A stretch of DNA of 64,000 nucleotides. It comes from a virus. The notes under the pieces are model-generated. The model made no database searches. It saw only the letters and a list, made by a program, of their open reading frames with translations, and was not told the DNA's origin. Shown here piece after piece: positions 62,197-64,000 of the stretch. Each line of letters opens with the position of its first letter. Positions within the stretch are counted from its first letter, which is position 1. The stretch is taken from IMG/VR virus record IMGVR_UViG_3300048790_000078, positions 1-64,000 of that record. The stretch is one strand, 5' to 3'. Position numbers and translations under genes: made by a program.

Positions 62197-64000
62197 TCAG
62201 TCTGCATGTTGCCACTCCTGTTGCTCTGGTGGAATATCCCCGAGATCTTCCGCTCTGCTCTCGAACTTTTGCATTGCTGCCATCCACGCGAGATCGATCG
62301 TCCCAACGCTTCCGTTGCGCTGCTTTGCGAGAATAAGTTCTGCCAGCCCGCGAAGATCTTCGCGATCTTTTTTGTACATCTCCTCGCGAAAGATGAACGC
62401 CACTAGGTCAGCATCCTGCTCCAGTGAGTTGTGGACATAGATGTCGTTGGCTACATAGTTTTCATTTCCCGGTACCGTCAAATCGAACGTCTCCTGAACA
62501 CCGGACGGCTCTACTGAGACCACCTCATCCCAGTAGATATCGCTGGCTGCTAGCTTTCCGAGTCGTTCGCATCCAGATGCCGATGCGAACTTTGCGGCCC
62601 GCTCACGGCTCATGTTTTGATGGTGGGTAGAAACTCCAGAATAAGAACAACCTGACAACTCCGCCAGTTGCCGCGAATCGAGTCCTTTGGAACGCATCGC
62701 TGCGTCCACCTCAGTCCACATAGAGGCAGGGATAATGTCGCGATTCGTATTGTGCTCGATCATGTCCAGATGCTCGACGATAAGCTCCAGTTGACGCTTG
62801 TGTCTCTCGCTCATGGCACCTATAGAGTTGGCGAACCGTGTCATGTCCGGCTTCCCGCTGAGGGTAACGTGATAATTCACAAGGCCTTTTTTCTGCGGTA
62901 CAGGAACAGTCCTTGCATTGATAGACAACCTCAGCAGCGCCGATTGAATCTGGCAGGCCAGCTTCTGACTGCTGGTGGAGTAATAAACATTCGGCCCGTC
63001 GTCGAATGAAATACAGCCATCCGTTGACCATAGATGAGCAAGAAACTTTGCGATGGCCGTTACTGGCTGCATAAATATAGCTTCCGGCATCTTCTTGTCC
63101 GGCGCCCTCAACCCGAACAGTCCCATCGGTTCAAGCCACGCCCGCACAGGCGTCATACGGCCACGTGCTAACCGAAATGAAGCTGACAGGTAAACCTGTA
63201 TCCATGTTCTCTCCCGTGAAATGCGCGGAGAGATACGGTCGCCAAACATTCGGCTGGCGCACGCTGCCACCATATCGGCGAGTTCTGGATGCGGGGTCGT
63301 GTACTGCACAATATGCCGCGGAAGGGTACATCCATTACCGATCAGATGCCCGAGGAGCATCAACTCGTCGTCAGACATCGTTTGAGACTGCGAGCATGCT
63401 CTTGTAACGCGAGGCACGCCAATTCTCGTCCCCGTAGTGATTTCATCAAGCCTGAGCCACCCCTGGAAGCCCATAAATTTCTGGTTGGCGGTAGCGACAA
63501 TGGAGCGCCCGAGCTGAGTAGTAAGTCTGAAAGTTGGCTTCATCCCTGTGCTGAACGCCCGCACAGCAATGCCACACTCCTGCTTTAGCGTATCCTTCCC
63601 GCTCGTCAAAACAGGTAAAGGCCCCATGTTTAGCGTTGAGGATATTTCGAGGCGCGCGCCTGATGAGGCGACCGTCACAAGAGACGCTCCTGCCAGACAG
63701 CCAGACTCCTTCAGGTCAATCAGCCGCGGCCGCATGTCGCCGGTCCGCTTCTCGCTCTCCCTGCTCACCTGGGACAGCGCCACGATCGCCATGTCGAGCT
63801 GGTCCGACCCGGTGAGCATCTTCAGCCCGCGGGAGATCTTTGAGACCTCCTGGTTCCGGCTCTCGCCCTTGCCTGCCATCAACTGCAGGTAGTCGATCAC
63901 CGCCAGGCAGAACTTGATCTTGTTTTTCTGCTGGCACTGCCGGACCTTCGCGTGGAAGTCCATCACCGTAAGATTCGAGGAATCGTCCACGTAAAGCGGG
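62197..64000 (-). CDS. dnaB: Replicative DNA helicase DnaB (5'-truncated by the window edge) with intein
   Basis: IDYLQL, ISR.LK, ALSQ.SR, RP.L.DL.ESG|..|SLEQDAD, AKQRNG. Confidence 0.95.
   Translation of the reverse strand, partial: PLYVDDSSNLTVMDFHAKVRQCQQKNKIKFCLAVIDYLQLMAGKGESRNQEVSKISRGLKMLTGSDQLDMAIVALSQVSRESEKRTGDMRPRLIDLKESGCLAGASLVTVASSGARLEISSTLNMGPLPVLTSGKDTLKQECGIAVRAFSTGMKPTFRLTTQLGRSIVATANQKFMGFQGWLRLDEITTGTRIGVPRVTRACSQSQTMSDDELMLLGHLIGNGCTLPRHIVQYTTPHPELADMVAACASRMFGDRISPRISRERTWIQVYLSASFRLARGRMTPVRAWLEPMGLFGLRAPDKKMPEAIFMQPVTAIAKFLAHLWSTDGCISFDDGPNVYYSTSSQKLACQIQSALLRLSINARTVPVPQKKGLVNYHVTLSGKPDMTRFANSIGAMSERHKRQLELIVEHLDMIEHNTNRDIIPASMWTEVDAAMRSKGLDSRQLAELSGCSYSGVSTHHQNMSRERAAKFASASGCERLGKLAASDIYWDEVVSVEPSGVQETFDLTVPGNENYVANDIYVHNSLEQDADLVAFIFREEMYKKDREDLRGLAELILAKQRNGSVGTIDLAWMAAMQKFESRAEDLGDIPPEQQEWQHAD
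62428..63699 (-). mobile_element. Intein in DnaB (424 aa, LAGLIDADG endonuclease)
   Basis: ESG|CLAG..VHN|SLEQ; LLGHLIGNG and LWSTDG. Confidence 0.92.

Noticed and set aside
1-64000. Stop-codon reassignment, DGR/retron reverse transcriptase, or integrase
   Set aside because: Genes read normally in code 11 with TAG used as a stop; no RT or recombinase motifs recognised

Overview
The whole window is a GC-rich tailed (siphovirus-like) phage genome segment. No host housekeeping genes, integrase, tRNA or CRISPR array were recognised. It has three blocks. (1) A minus-strand late/morphogenesis region (about 221-34760): ParB/MTase-like genes, TerS, TerL, a portal with two LAGLIDADG inteins, MuF, cargo-like polyproteins, TnpB, prohead protease, scaffold, major capsid protein (MCP), head-tail and tail genes, with many morons. 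(2) A non-coding control region (about 34.9-36.1 kb) with DnaA-box-like, IHF-like and boxA-like sites and long structured tracts, followed by a plus-strand early operon (36.1-55.7 kb): WGR proteins, ASCH, a Ycf46-type AAA module, DNA ligase, clamp-loader-like ATPase, DUF5131 and a DNA MTase. (3) A convergent minus-strand block: two ParB-like genes, a PAPS-reductase-like gene, RusA-like, an MBL hydrolase and an intein-containing DnaB. Best novelty candidates: (a) a repeated K|FNPNHxxxGxF module in head-region polyproteins that precedes ADP-ribosyltransferase, zincin and nuclease domains, suggesting protease-processed capsid cargo; (b) 15 same-strand CGTAGACG sites found only in the early region; (c) two small genes carrying diverged fragments of the phage's own MCP; (d) an unannotated structured RNA of about 350 nt upstream of the portal; (e) an A9 slippery run that would fuse portal to MuF. 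All family assignments are by-eye motif recognition; no database searches were run.
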